Positions 30,051 through 39,879 of a stretch of DNA of 64,000 nucleotides are shown here, piece by piece. Every line of letters starts with the position of its first letter. Within the stretch, counting starts at the first letter, position 1. A program made the translations under genes and the position numbers. Under the pieces are notes generated by a model, which was not told where the DNA came from, ran no database searches, and saw only the letters and a list, made by a program, of their open reading frames with translations. The stretch is from Patescibacteria group bacterium (GTDB taxonomy: Bacteria > Patescibacteriota > Patescibacteriia > GWA2-46-9): positions 68,568 through 132,567 of the forward strand of contig JBAYUF010000002.1 in the NCBI GenBank assembly GCA_041675205.1, read 5' to 3'.

Positions 30051-30061
30051 GCTCAGCATTA

Positions 30062-30070
30062 TGCTACAAT
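30062..30070 (+). promoter_or_regulatory. extended -10 (TGCTACAAT) promoter for recQ, with only ~3 nt between the predicted transcription start and the ATG
   Basis: TGnTACAAT motif ends 9 nt before the recQ ATG. Confidence 0.45.
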
Positions 30071-30079
30071 GCCGCCACT

Positions 30080-31774
30080 ATGGAGATGCAGGTAAAGAAA
30101 ATTTTGTCTGAGCAATTTGGCTACAGCGAATTCCGACAAGGGCAAGAAGCAGCTGTATCGGCTGTGTTGGCTCAGCGTGATGCGCTGGTTGTGATGCCGA
30201 CCGGTGCCGGTAAATCACTCTGCTATCAATTGCCGGCGTTGGCACTGCCCGGCCTTACGATTGTTGTTTCCCCGCTCATTGCCCTTATGCAGGACCAAGT
30301 GAGCGTTCTTGTAGCGCGCAACATTCCAGCGACGTTTATAAATAGTACGCTGTCGACAAATGAATCTGTTGCAAGGCTTGCTGCGGCACGCTCGGGAGAA
30401 ATAAAGTTACTCTATGTGGCTCCAGAACGATTTTACGACCAGGCATTCATGCGGGGCTTACAGGAGGTAACGGTTAGTCTGTTTGCCGTCGACGAGGCGC
30501 ACTGCATCTCTGAATGGGGTCACGATTTTCGACCAAGCTATCTTCGGTTGAAAGATGTTTTACAAACACTTCATCGTCCGCCTGTCTTGGCGCTGACCGC
30601 CACCGCCACGCCGGACGTTCGTCGTGACATAATTGCGTCGCTAGATCTTAAAGATCCGGCGGTGATTGTAACTGGGTTTGACCGACCCAATGTAACGTAC
30701 GGGGCAATTCGAGCCACCCCAACAGAAAAAATAGAACATGCAGTCAGGCTCGTTCGAGAAATTTCTGGGCCGGCGATTATTTATGCGGGCACCCGTGACG
30801 CGGTTGATACCATGCGAGAGGTGTTAGCGGTGAACGACATTTCCGTTACGGCGTATCATGCGGGTATAGACAAGGCCGACCGAGAGGTCTCGCAACAGCA
30901 GTTCATGGAAGGGAAAACTCGAGTGATGGTAGCAACGAATGCTTTTGGGCTTGGCATTGATAAGCCAGACGTACGACTGATTGTGCACATGGATTTGCCG
31001 GGTACACTGGAAGCGTACTATCAAGAAGCTGGCAGAGCTGGGAGAGACGGTAAGCCAAGTTACGCAGTATTATTGCATCATCCGTCTGATAGGTATCTAC
31101 GAGAGTTCTTTCTTGAAGGAGAGAATCCATCGCCAGCTTTTATTCGAGCAGTCTACGGGTCTTTGGTTCGACAGATTGGGGATGTGATTAAAACGACGTA
31201 CGCAGAGATCCTGGCCGCGACTGGAATGAAGGCTCCGGAAATGGCAGTCAGCACTGCCCTAAAGGCACTTGAACACGCCGGCTATATAGAGCGTCCGCGT
31301 GAGTCTGCTTCCGCGGCGGGCGTGCAGCTTCTGCAACCACTAGCCGAAGTTGATGCTGCCATTAATCGTCGAGCGCGGGTGCAACGAGCCGTTTGGGAGG
31401 CACTGCGAGATCGGTATGGTAAAGCACTCGAAGTAGGCGTTCGATTTTCACCTGAAGAGATTGTTCGCAGTGCGGATTTCAGCCGAGAAGGGTTAAGTCG
31501 GTCACTGAAGGCGCTCACTGAGCGGGGGCTCTTGGCGTATGCTCCGCCATATCGGGGGCAGGAGATTAAAATTTTAAATCGAGTCATGCCAGAGGCACTT
31601 GCCTTACGGTGGGAGCTCCTACGCGAGAAACGCCGGCATGATGAGCAGAAACTTAATCTCATGGAAGGCTACGCTCACGCTGTTGCTTGTCGGCGAGCAT
31701 TCATTCTGCGCTACCTTGGTGACACCGTGGCTAACGAACGGTGTTTCGGGTGCGATAATTGCGGCGCTCGTTAG
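30080..31774 (+). CDS. recQ: ATP-dependent DNA helicase RecQ
   Basis: FGYSEFRQGQ...MPTGAGKSLCYQLPAL ... DEAHCISEWGHDFR and C-terminal RQC cysteines. Confidence 0.85.
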   Translation: MEMQVKKILSEQFGYSEFRQGQEAAVSAVLAQRDALVVMPTGAGKSLCYQLPALALPGLTIVVSPLIALMQDQVSVLVARNIPATFINSTLSTNESVARLAAARSGEIKLLYVAPERFYDQAFMRGLQEVTVSLFAVDEAHCISEWGHDFRPSYLRLKDVLQTLHRPPVLALTATATPDVRRDIIASLDLKDPAVIVTGFDRPNVTYGAIRATPTEKIEHAVRLVREISGPAIIYAGTRDAVDTMREVLAVNDISVTAYHAGIDKADREVSQQQFMEGKTRVMVATNAFGLGIDKPDVRLIVHMDLPGTLEAYYQEAGRAGRDGKPSYAVLLHHPSDRYLREFFLEGENPSPAFIRAVYGSLVRQIGDVIKTTYAEILAATGMKAPEMAVSTALKALEHAGYIERPRESASAAGVQLLQPLAEVDAAINRRARVQRAVWEALRDRYGKALEVGVRFSPEEIVRSADFSREGLSRSLKALTERGLLAYAPPYRGQEIKILNRVMPEALALRWELLREKRRHDEQKLNLMEGYAHAVACRRAFILRYLGDTVANERCFGCDNCGAR

Positions 31775-31775
31775 T

Positions 31776-32675
31776 ATGCATATTCTGAATGGAAAAATAA
31801 TTGCGGCTGCTATGGATAGTGCCATGCGCGAGCAGGTGGCAGCATTGCCTTTTGCGCCAACCCTGCACTGCATACTCGTTGGTAGCGACCCGGCGTCAGT
31901 GTTGTACTTGCGTCGCAAGGGCGAGGCGGCCGACCGCCTTGGTATCCAATTCGCGCTTCATCACTTACCCGCCACCGTCAGTGCAGCAGTAGTGGCTGAC
32001 ACCATAGCCAGCCTCAACAAAGAACCAGGTGGTTTGATATTGCAGTTGCCTCTACCTTTAGCGCTCAGACCCAGCACCGATGCATTAGTTACCGCCATTG
32101 ACCCACAGCATGACGCTGATGGATTAACAGATGCAAATCGTCAACGGGTTTTACGCGCCGAACCGGACGCCTTTCTTCCGGCGCCCGTTGGGGCGGCCAT
32201 CGCACTTTTGCAAACCGTCGACGGCATAGTGCCAGTTGCCACACTCCTTCCTTTTTCAAGCAACTACCGGCCGTTTTGGGTTCCGGTGCGTTTTGTAAAT
32301 AAGTCAGCCGTGGTGGTATCAAACGGTGATTTCTTTGGCTCAACTTTGTGCTCGGTATTAACCCAGGCTGGAATGCACGCTCGGGTTATTCGTAGCGACG
32401 CGAAAGACTTAGCTGAAATTTTAGCAGGTGCGGCTGTGGTAGTTACGGCTGTTGGTAATCCTCAATTTTTGCGAGGAAGCCAGTTTGCACTTGGCAGCAC
32501 CATTATAGATGTTGGAACAACCTTAGTTGACGGAAAAACGATTGGGGATGTCTTGTGGGACGAAACATTGCAGTCGGTCGGTGCTGCGACACCAGTGCCT
32601 GGCGGTGTAGGTCCTGTAACGGTAGCTATGCTGTACGCAAACTTAATTCGATTGTGCAGAGCACAACGTTCCTAG
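31776..32675 (+). CDS. folD: bifunctional methylene-THF dehydrogenase/cyclohydrolase
   Basis: ILVGSDPASVLY ... LPLP ... TPVPGGVGPVTVAML. Start taken at MHILNGK. Confidence 0.85.
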   Translation: MHILNGKIIAAAMDSAMREQVAALPFAPTLHCILVGSDPASVLYLRRKGEAADRLGIQFALHHLPATVSAAVVADTIASLNKEPGGLILQLPLPLALRPSTDALVTAIDPQHDADGLTDANRQRVLRAEPDAFLPAPVGAAIALLQTVDGIVPVATLLPFSSNYRPFWVPVRFVNKSAVVVSNGDFFGSTLCSVLTQAGMHARVIRSDAKDLAEILAGAAVVVTAVGNPQFLRGSQFALGSTIIDVGTTLVDGKTIGDVLWDETLQSVGAATPVPGGVGPVTVAMLYANLIRLCRAQRS

Positions 32676-33958
32676 AGCTCTGGATATAGAGGGTGAAGTG
32701 TTGTTAGTTCTGCAACTGTACGTTTTACTTTTTCACGCACTGCTTCGTCTGTTGGACGACGTAGGATGTTTGCGATGCATTCGCCGACTCGCTGCATATC
32801 TTTTTCGGTGAATCCTCGTGAGGTGAGAGCCGGCGTGCCGAGGCGGATACCTGAGGGGTCAAGTGGTTTCCGTGTATCAAACGGAATCATATTTTTGTTA
32901 ACCGTAATGCCGACACTGTCCAGCGCTTCTTCTGCTTCTTTTCCGGTGAGACCAACTGGGGTAACGTCGATTAAAAGCAGATGGTTGTCAGTGCCACCCG
33001 TAACAAGACGGACGCCGGCCGTAGTGATGGTTTCTGCTAAGGCTGCGGCATTCTTTACGATTTGTCGGCCGTATGTTTTGAAATCGTCAGTGGCCGCTTC
33101 GGCGAGCGCTACGGCGATAGCCGCCGTTTGATGATTGTGCGGCCCACCTTGGAGTCCTGGGATAATAGCGCTGTCTACAAGCGTATCGAGCGTCTTTGTT
33201 TTTGCACGTTCATAGTGTTCAGCCAGACGGTCGGTGAGACGAGGCACCAGAATTATTGCTCCGCGTGGCCCACGCAATGTTTTGTGCGTGGTCGTCATTA
33301 CGAGGTCTGCATAGGGCACGGGAGAATCATGAACGCCGGCAATAATGAGACCTGTAATGTGGGATATGTCGGCGAGCAAATAGGCGTTTACTTCGTCGGC
33401 TATGGCTTTGAATGCGGCAAAGTCAATTTTCCGTGGGTAGGCGGTGGCGCCACACACAATGAGCTTTGGTCGTTCACGCTTGGCGATAGCACGAATTGCA
33501 TCGTAGTCGAGGAGTTCTGTTTCCTTGTTCACCCCGTAGCTGACGCTCTTATAGTAACGACCAGAGAAATTGAGGCCGTAGCCGTGCGTGAGGTGACCAC
33601 CGTGGCCAAGTTCCATACCAAGCACGGTGTCGCCGGGATTGAGTAAGGCAAAAAAACATGCCTGGTTAGCTGGTGAGCCGGAATACGGTTGCACGTTGGC
33701 ATGCGCTACACCGAATAACTCTTTTGCCCGACTGCGTGCCAGTTCCTCTATTTCGTCGATTATGCTGTTGCCGCCATAGTAACGACGACCAGGATACCCT
33801 TCGGAGTACTTGTTGGTGAGCACAGAGCCGAGTGCTTCGATTACGGCTAAAGAGGTAAAATTTTCAGACGGAATCATTTCTAAACCATGCTGCTGTCTGG
33901 CCAGTTCTGCTGCTATGAGCCCAGCAATGATTGGGTCTTTAGATTTAAGATGTTGCAT
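32672..33958 (-). CDS. glyA: serine hydroxymethyltransferase
   Basis: PSENFTS...TNKYSEGYPGRRYYGG and the PLP lysine region TTTHKTLRGPRG. Start taken at MQHLKSKDP. Confidence 0.9.
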   Translation of the reverse strand: MQHLKSKDPIIAGLIAAELARQQHGLEMIPSENFTSLAVIEALGSVLTNKYSEGYPGRRYYGGNSIIDEIEELARSRAKELFGVAHANVQPYSGSPANQACFFALLNPGDTVLGMELGHGGHLTHGYGLNFSGRYYKSVSYGVNKETELLDYDAIRAIAKRERPKLIVCGATAYPRKIDFAAFKAIADEVNAYLLADISHITGLIIAGVHDSPVPYADLVMTTTHKTLRGPRGAIILVPRLTDRLAEHYERAKTKTLDTLVDSAIIPGLQGGPHNHQTAAIAVALAEAATDDFKTYGRQIVKNAAALAETITTAGVRLVTGGTDNHLLLIDVTPVGLTGKEAEEALDSVGITVNKNMIPFDTRKPLDPSGIRLGTPALTSRGFTEKDMQRVGECIANILRRPTDEAVREKVKRTVAELTTLHPLYPEL

Positions 33959-34039
33959 AGATTTAGGAATCGTATGCTCTGTAATGTGGGATGTCAAAGT
34001 GGATTGCCATCACTAATTTCACGTGCTAGCGTTCGGGAT

Positions 34040-34843
34040 ATGGAAAGCATTGCAAGCAGAATTGAACATTCCTGGCAGGTGGCGATTGGCGCTGCTAAAG
34101 CGGCTGGGGAATATATCGCACAGCACCCGCTGGAAGGTGGTGGCGTTCGATTTAAAGATGAGGCGGGGCTTAATGCTGTTACTGAAATTGACGAGGCAGC
34201 CGAGCGGATTATTCTCGACACAGTGCAAAAAACATTTCCCGAAGATAGCATCTTTTCAGAAGAGTCCGGAGATGTTGCCACTGGGTCACTATGGAAGTGG
34301 GTAATTGATCCCTTAGATGGAACCACAAATTTCACCCATAACTTAGCACATTCTAATGTTTCTATAGCGCTTCTCTACGACGGTAAGCCAGTGGTAGGGG
34401 TGGTGTTCAATCCGTTTACTAATGAATTGTTCAGCGCGTACGGGACAACGCAGTCAACGGTGAATGGGGTGCAACTGCAACCATCAATATGCGCCGTGGC
34501 GAGTAAAGCCATAATTACCCTGGGACGCAGCAGTGAAGGTAAGGCAAAAATTCGTCACGCTGCACTCTACGGGTACTTGCATCCCTTAGTGCGAACCACG
34601 AGAGTGCTTGGTGCGTCAGCAATTGACCTTTGTATGGTAGCTGCGGGTAGGATTGACGGCGCAGTATGGAATGATATGCGGCACTATGATGTTGCCGCCG
34701 CCGCTTTTATTGCACAGAACGCCGGCCTTATCGTTACTGATTTTTCTGGCTCCCCATTTAACTGGGCAGTCCCGCTGAGTGATCTCCTCATAGCTCCGGT
34801 ACAATTACACGCCAACCTAGTGAACCTCCTTAAGAATAGTTAG
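34040..34843 (+). CDS. inositol-monophosphatase family protein
   Basis: WVIDPLDGTTNF. Confidence 0.7.
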   Translation: MESIASRIEHSWQVAIGAAKAAGEYIAQHPLEGGGVRFKDEAGLNAVTEIDEAAERIILDTVQKTFPEDSIFSEESGDVATGSLWKWVIDPLDGTTNFTHNLAHSNVSIALLYDGKPVVGVVFNPFTNELFSAYGTTQSTVNGVQLQPSICAVASKAIITLGRSSEGKAKIRHAALYGYLHPLVRTTRVLGASAIDLCMVAAGRIDGAVWNDMRHYDVAAAAFIAQNAGLIVTDFSGSPFNWAVPLSDLLIAPVQLHANLVNLLKNS

Positions 34844-34881
34844 TTGCTGAGTCAGGACGGAACGGCTACACTGCCGATACT

Positions 34882-35658
34882 ATGGTGTCTATTGTAGAGA
34901 AAAAACTGATTGTTTTTGATTTGGATGGTACATTGGCTGAAAGTAAGGCTATTATGGACAGTGAAATGTCCGGCCTTCTGGTGCGCCTTCTCAGGCAACG
35001 ACTCATCGCGGTTATCGGCGGTGGAGCATTCTACAAATTTGAAGAGCAATTCATACATTCGTTTCAGTGCCCAGACGAACTGAAATCGCGCTTACTATTG
35101 TTCCCAACGTGTGCGGCGCGAAGTTATCGGTTCGAAGCAGGAGCGTGGAAAGAATTGTATGCTGATATGATTCCCGAACCTGATAGGCAGAGAATTCGGC
35201 ACGCATTCGACAGCGTTTTTATGGAGGTTGGTTATTCGCACCCAGAGAAAACGTATGGTGAAATTATTGAAGACCGTGGTACGCAGGTAACATTCTCCGC
35301 TCTTGGCCAACAGGCTCCAGTGGCGGAGAAAAAACTATGGCGAGTAACGAAAGATTGGCGGCCGCTTATACAAGCAGCACTTATGGCTCGGTTGCCAGAG
35401 TTTGAGGTTCGGTTGGGGGGTGAGACGTCAATCGATGTTACAAAAAAAGGGGTGGACAAGGCATACGGCATTAAACAAATAGAACAGCAGACCGGCACTG
35501 CTATTAAGGAAATGGTTTTCATTGGTGACGCTCTTTTTGAGGGGGGGAATGACTATCCAGTGAAGGCAATTGGCGTTGATTGTTTGGCAGTAGCTGGGCC
35601 GTCGGACACGAAACAAATTTTACGGGAGTGGCTTTTTATTCTTGAATCAACTACATAA
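34882..35658 (+). CDS. HAD-IIB hydrolase, eukaryotic-type phosphomannomutase-like
   Basis: IVFDLDGTLAES ... FIGDALFEGGNDY. Confidence 0.55.
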   Translation: MVSIVEKKLIVFDLDGTLAESKAIMDSEMSGLLVRLLRQRLIAVIGGGAFYKFEEQFIHSFQCPDELKSRLLLFPTCAARSYRFEAGAWKELYADMIPEPDRQRIRHAFDSVFMEVGYSHPEKTYGEIIEDRGTQVTFSALGQQAPVAEKKLWRVTKDWRPLIQAALMARLPEFEVRLGGETSIDVTKKGVDKAYGIKQIEQQTGTAIKEMVFIGDALFEGGNDYPVKAIGVDCLAVAGPSDTKQILREWLFILESTT

Positions 35659-35660
35659 GT

Positions 35661-36422
35661 ATGGCTTTACCAACACCACCAACAGTTGAACAGACGTATT
35701 ACGTTATTTTGCCGCTCCTACGCCGTGTGGGGCAACTCCTTCTTTCTCGGCAGCGAGAACTGGTTGGTTTGTCCGACAAGCAGCGCCATGTAAAGGCACA
35801 GGAAATTGAAACAGAAATTCGTTCGTTTTTGTCGACGACACTGCATCAACTTTTTCCAGCTCATTCGGTGCATGGTGAAACAGGCAGCACGAACGCGCCC
35901 TGGCAGTGGGTGATAAACGCGTTTGATGGTGGTCGTTACTTTTTTCGTGGACTACCACTCTTTACGACATCCTTAGCGCTTCGAGAGAAGGGCGAAGTTG
36001 TGCTTGGTGTCGTGCTTGAACCAGCAACGGGGAATGTCTTCTCGGCTCGTAAGGGTGAAGGCGCCAGTCTTAGCGGCCGCCCACTAGCAGTTTCTGAACA
36101 AAAAGAGTTGGCTGGTGCTGTGGCGTACGTTACGAATGATAAACCAGCCGCTACGGCATTAACGGGGGCTGGCGCAGTTCACGTTGATTTAGATTGCCTC
36201 TCCTTGGGGCTTTGCTACGTCGCAGCTGGTGCGTACGACATTGTTGTTGCGCCTACGGACAGTGTCAGCTTGTTTAAGAGTGCAGCTGCTCTCCTCGTGG
36301 CTCGTGAGGCTGGTGCATTGCTAACTGACAAAGCCGGCGTGCCACTTGGTAGTTCAAAACAAACAAGCATCCTCGTAACAACAAAACATTTGCAAAAGAA
36401 AACAGTTACTATCCTGGCGTAG
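35661..36422 (+). CDS. second inositol-monophosphatase-family protein, divergent
   Basis: WQWVINAFDGGRYF aligns to the IMPase WVIDPIDGTxNF motif. Confidence 0.5.
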   Translation: MALPTPPTVEQTYYVILPLLRRVGQLLLSRQRELVGLSDKQRHVKAQEIETEIRSFLSTTLHQLFPAHSVHGETGSTNAPWQWVINAFDGGRYFFRGLPLFTTSLALREKGEVVLGVVLEPATGNVFSARKGEGASLSGRPLAVSEQKELAGAVAYVTNDKPAATALTGAGAVHVDLDCLSLGLCYVAAGAYDIVVAPTDSVSLFKSAAALLVAREAGALLTDKAGVPLGSSKQTSILVTTKHLQKKTVTILA

Positions 36423-36427
36423 CTGCT

Positions 36428-37210
36428 ATGGTTGGTTTTTTTGATTCTGGTGCAGGAGGCCTAACGGTATTAAAAGCCGTTCGTGCCCGGCTACCCTCGC
36501 TTGATGTCGTGTACCTGGGGGACACAGCTCGTGCGTTGTATGGTAATCAGCATCCCGAAGCAATTCAGCGCTACACTCGAGAAGCGGCGGCTTTTTTGGT
36601 CGCGCAGGGTGCAACGATTATTGTCATTGCTTGTAATACTGCCTCTGCTGTTGCTGCTGAGGTGTTGCGTGCTGAGTTAACTATGCCGGTGTTTGATGTT
36701 TCAGATGCCTCTGTGGCCGAAGCTTTGCGCGTTAGTAAAGCAAATCGCATCGGCGTCATTGGTACTCGCACAACAATTGCTAGCAAAAGTCATGAGAACC
36801 TTTTACGGGCGGCCTGCCCGGAGGCGACTATCTTTACGCAGCCAACGCCACTCCTCGCACCACTCGTGGAAGAACGGGCGTGGCGATATCCGGAGGCAAT
36901 GCGTATTTTACGGCGGTACTTAAAGCCACTTAAAGAGCGACACATCGACACCCTCATTTTGGGGTGTACGCACTACCCAATGATTGCGCCACAGATACAG
37001 CGCATAATGGGCAAGCGGGTAAAATTAGTGAGTTCGGCAGACGCAATGGCAAACAAATTAGCACAGTACCTTGCCGACAATCCAAATAGTGAATCCTCCG
37101 GCACAGGAATCATGAAACTATTTGCCACCGGAGACACGGCCCATTTTACAGATACCGCCAGATGGTGGTTGGGTGAATCGGTGCGAGTTGAAAAAGCAGT
37201 GCTTAATTAG
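36428..37210 (+). CDS. murI: glutamate racemase
   Basis: GFFDSGAGGLTVL ... IACNTAS ... GCTHYP. Confidence 0.85.
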   Translation: MVGFFDSGAGGLTVLKAVRARLPSLDVVYLGDTARALYGNQHPEAIQRYTREAAAFLVAQGATIIVIACNTASAVAAEVLRAELTMPVFDVSDASVAEALRVSKANRIGVIGTRTTIASKSHENLLRAACPEATIFTQPTPLLAPLVEERAWRYPEAMRILRRYLKPLKERHIDTLILGCTHYPMIAPQIQRIMGKRVKLVSSADAMANKLAQYLADNPNSESSGTGIMKLFATGDTAHFTDTARWWLGESVRVEKAVLN

Positions 37211-37211
37211 T

Positions 37212-38582
37212 ATGGAGTGGGCAGGAAAACGAGTTGCTGTAATTGGTTTTGGTCGTGAGGGGCAAGCAGCAGTTCGCTATCTACTTTTGAAAAATGCTGT
37301 TGTAACAGTTTGTGACGCGCGAGAAATTGTAGCGCAGGAGGCGGCAGCGCAAGAGTTAAAAGAACGAATTACATGGCAGCTTGGGCCGGAGTATCTCGCT
37401 GGATTAAGCAGTTTTGATTGTATAATGCGAAGCCCTGGGGTGCGCATTATGCCAGAGATAAAAGTCGCGGTGGCAGCTGGCGTAAAGCTCACCAGCCCAA
37501 CGGCTGAATTTTTTGAGATGTGTCCAGCAAAGATTATTGGTGTTACTGGAACAAAAGGAAAAGGCACGACAGCGTCGCTAATCGCTGAAATAATAAAAGC
37601 TTCTGGTCGTACGGTGCACCTCGTGGGGAATATTGGCGCGCCCGCCATTGCGGCACTGGCTACTATCAAGGCTGACGACTTCGTGGTCTATGAACTTTCA
37701 AGTTTTCAATTGCAAGACCTTTCCGTTTCACCAACCATAGCTGTTGTTTTGGGTATTACCGCTGAACATCAGGATTATCATAGTTCAATGGCGGAATATG
37801 TTGCGGCTAAAGCAAACATTCTTCGCCATCAGCATGAGAACGATATTGCTATTATCACTGTCGACTACACTGCAAATGAAGCATTAGCAGGCAATGTACA
37901 TGGGAAACTCGTTCCCATTAGCACAAAACGAGTGCTTGAATACGGTGTCGGCATTAGTGAAGACTCGATCATCTCCACGCTTGAAGGAGAGCAAACACTA
38001 GTGTTGCCGATTACCAATGTGCGTTTGCCTGGCAGATTTAATTTAGAAAATGTTATTGCTGCTGTAGCAGCTGGACTTGCTTTAGGAATTCCCGAAGCGG
38101 TTATCGCTGAAGCGGTCGCAAATTTCCATGGTTTGCCGCATCGGCTTGAGCATGTTCGAGATGTCGCCGGAGTAAGTTATTGGAATAACTCATTCGCCAC
38201 AACGCCAGAAGCCACCATTGCTGCTGTGCAATCATTCACTGCCCCCATTGTGCTAATGCTCGGCGGGAGCGATAAAAAACTTTCGTATGATGAACTTGCT
38301 ACTGTTATTGCCAGCTCAACCGTACATACAATCGTCGGCATTGGTCAGAGCGCTGTAACACTCTACACGGCAATTGAAGCTGCAAGTGTTCGACAAGGGA
38401 AAACCCCACCGAAGTATGTCTCAGGCGGGGAAACCATGGCGACTATGGTAGCTGCTGCGAAAGCGTGTGCTACCTCGGGTACGATTGTTCTGCTGTCACC
38501 AGCGGCCGCTAGTTTTGATAAGTTTTCAAACGCCTCTGAACGGGGGGACGCCTTTAGAACTGTCGTGCAAGCGCTCTCGTAG
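37212..38582 (+). CDS. murD: UDP-N-acetylmuramoylalanine--D-glutamate ligase
   Basis: GVTGTKGKGTT. Start taken at MEWAGKR. Confidence 0.85.
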   Translation: MEWAGKRVAVIGFGREGQAAVRYLLLKNAVVTVCDAREIVAQEAAAQELKERITWQLGPEYLAGLSSFDCIMRSPGVRIMPEIKVAVAAGVKLTSPTAEFFEMCPAKIIGVTGTKGKGTTASLIAEIIKASGRTVHLVGNIGAPAIAALATIKADDFVVYELSSFQLQDLSVSPTIAVVLGITAEHQDYHSSMAEYVAAKANILRHQHENDIAIITVDYTANEALAGNVHGKLVPISTKRVLEYGVGISEDSIISTLEGEQTLVLPITNVRLPGRFNLENVIAAVAAGLALGIPEAVIAEAVANFHGLPHRLEHVRDVAGVSYWNNSFATTPEATIAAVQSFTAPIVLMLGGSDKKLSYDELATVIASSTVHTIVGIGQSAVTLYTAIEAASVRQGKTPPKYVSGGETMATMVAAAKACATSGTIVLLSPAAASFDKFSNASERGDAFRTVVQALS

Positions 38583-38589
38583 TGTCGCT

Positions 38590-39879
38590 TTAACCACGCT
38601 TGGCAAGTGCCTCCTCTAGGCGTTTTAGGGCAACGATAAACGCAGCCGTGCGCATGCTTGTTTTATATGATTCTTTCGCTTTCCAAACAGCAGCAAACGA
38701 GTCGCGCATAATCGGCTTTAATTTTTCTCTAACCTGCTTTGCTGTCCACCGGATACCTTGTTTATTTTGCAGCCATTCGAAATAGGAAACCGTGACCCCG
38801 CCGGCATTGGCCAAAATATCTGGCACGACGAGAACGCCACGTTTGAGCAGTTTACTATCCGCTTCTGGGGTAGTTGGGCCGTTTGCTACTTCGAGAATGA
38901 TTCGTGCCTTGATACGACCGGCATTTTTCTTGGTAATCTGATTTTCGAGCGCGGCTGGAATAAGGATATCGCAGGGTGCTTCGAGTAGTTTTTCGTTCGT
39001 TACGCCTTTGTAATTTTTACCATCGCACACCGATCCAACGCAGTACATCGAACCTATCATACCGCGGTCTTTTTTTGTGGCCATCACGTTTTTGGGGTCC
39101 ATGCCTTTGCCGCGGACGTCGAGTATGCCACCAGTAGAATCACTTAGACCAATGATGCGGTAGCCGGCTTTGTGAGCAAGCGTTGCCATATGAAAGCCAG
39201 CGTTCCCAAAACCTTGAATGATAACGCTGGTTTTTTTGGGGTTCAGTTTTAATTTTTTCGCGACATCTTCTAGCACCATGTAGGCGCCGTCCGCTGTGGC
39301 TGTATCGCGACCGAGCGAGCCACCCTCAGAAATTGGCTTACCGGTAACAACACCCGGTTCCGCGCGGCCGACAATGTGCCGATATTCGTCGGCAATCCAT
39401 GCCATAATCTGCGGGTTTGTATTTACGTCTGGTGCTGGCACGTCTCGTTCTGGGCCGAAGACATCTTTCATCATTCGAGTGAACGATCGTGTTAGCCGTT
39501 CCAATTCTCCGCTAGAAAGTTTTTTGGGGTTAACAGTGATACCACCTTTGCCGCCACCCATTGGTATACCCACGACGGCGCACTTCATGGTCATCCAAAG
39601 GGCAAGCGCCTTCACCTCGTTCTGGTCGACGTTTGAATGATAGCGTAAGCCGCCTTTGTAGGGGCCGCGGACGTTGGAGTGTTGCACTCGGTAACCGGTA
39701 AACAGTTTTTTTTGTCCGTCATCCATTACTACTGGAACGGTAACTTCAATGACTCGCTCTGGTTTACTTAATGTATCGAGCACTGCCGGCGGCGTGTTAG
39801 CAATTTTGCCAGCCTGTTGCAGCTGGGTTAGGGCATTCTGAAAAGCATTCATGGAGTTATCAACGACTTGGTAGCCCAA
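38590..39879 (-). CDS. gdhA: Glu/Leu/Phe/Val dehydrogenase (glutamate dehydrogenase)
   Basis: KGGLRYH ... GGGKGG ... GFGNAG. Confidence 0.85.
   Translation of the reverse strand: MGYQVVDNSMNAFQNALTQLQQAGKIANTPPAVLDTLSKPERVIEVTVPVVMDDGQKKLFTGYRVQHSNVRGPYKGGLRYHSNVDQNEVKALALWMTMKCAVVGIPMGGGKGGITVNPKKLSSGELERLTRSFTRMMKDVFGPERDVPAPDVNTNPQIMAWIADEYRHIVGRAEPGVVTGKPISEGGSLGRDTATADGAYMVLEDVAKKLKLNPKKTSVIIQGFGNAGFHMATLAHKAGYRIIGLSDSTGGILDVRGKGMDPKNVMATKKDRGMIGSMYCVGSVCDGKNYKGVTNEKLLEAPCDILIPAALENQITKKNAGRIKARIILEVANGPTTPEADSKLLKRGVLVVPDILANAGGVTVSYFEWLQNKQGIRWTAKQVREKLKPIMRDSFAAVWKAKESYKTSMRTAAFIVALKRLEEALAKRG

Noticed and set aside
39852-39879. Long trpS/gdhA overlap implying a mis-called gdhA start
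   Set aside because: An alternative gdhA start (MNAF...) nine codons downstream still overlaps the trpS stop by 7 nt, and nothing in the sequence favours either start. Kept the ORF start and flagged the uncertainty.
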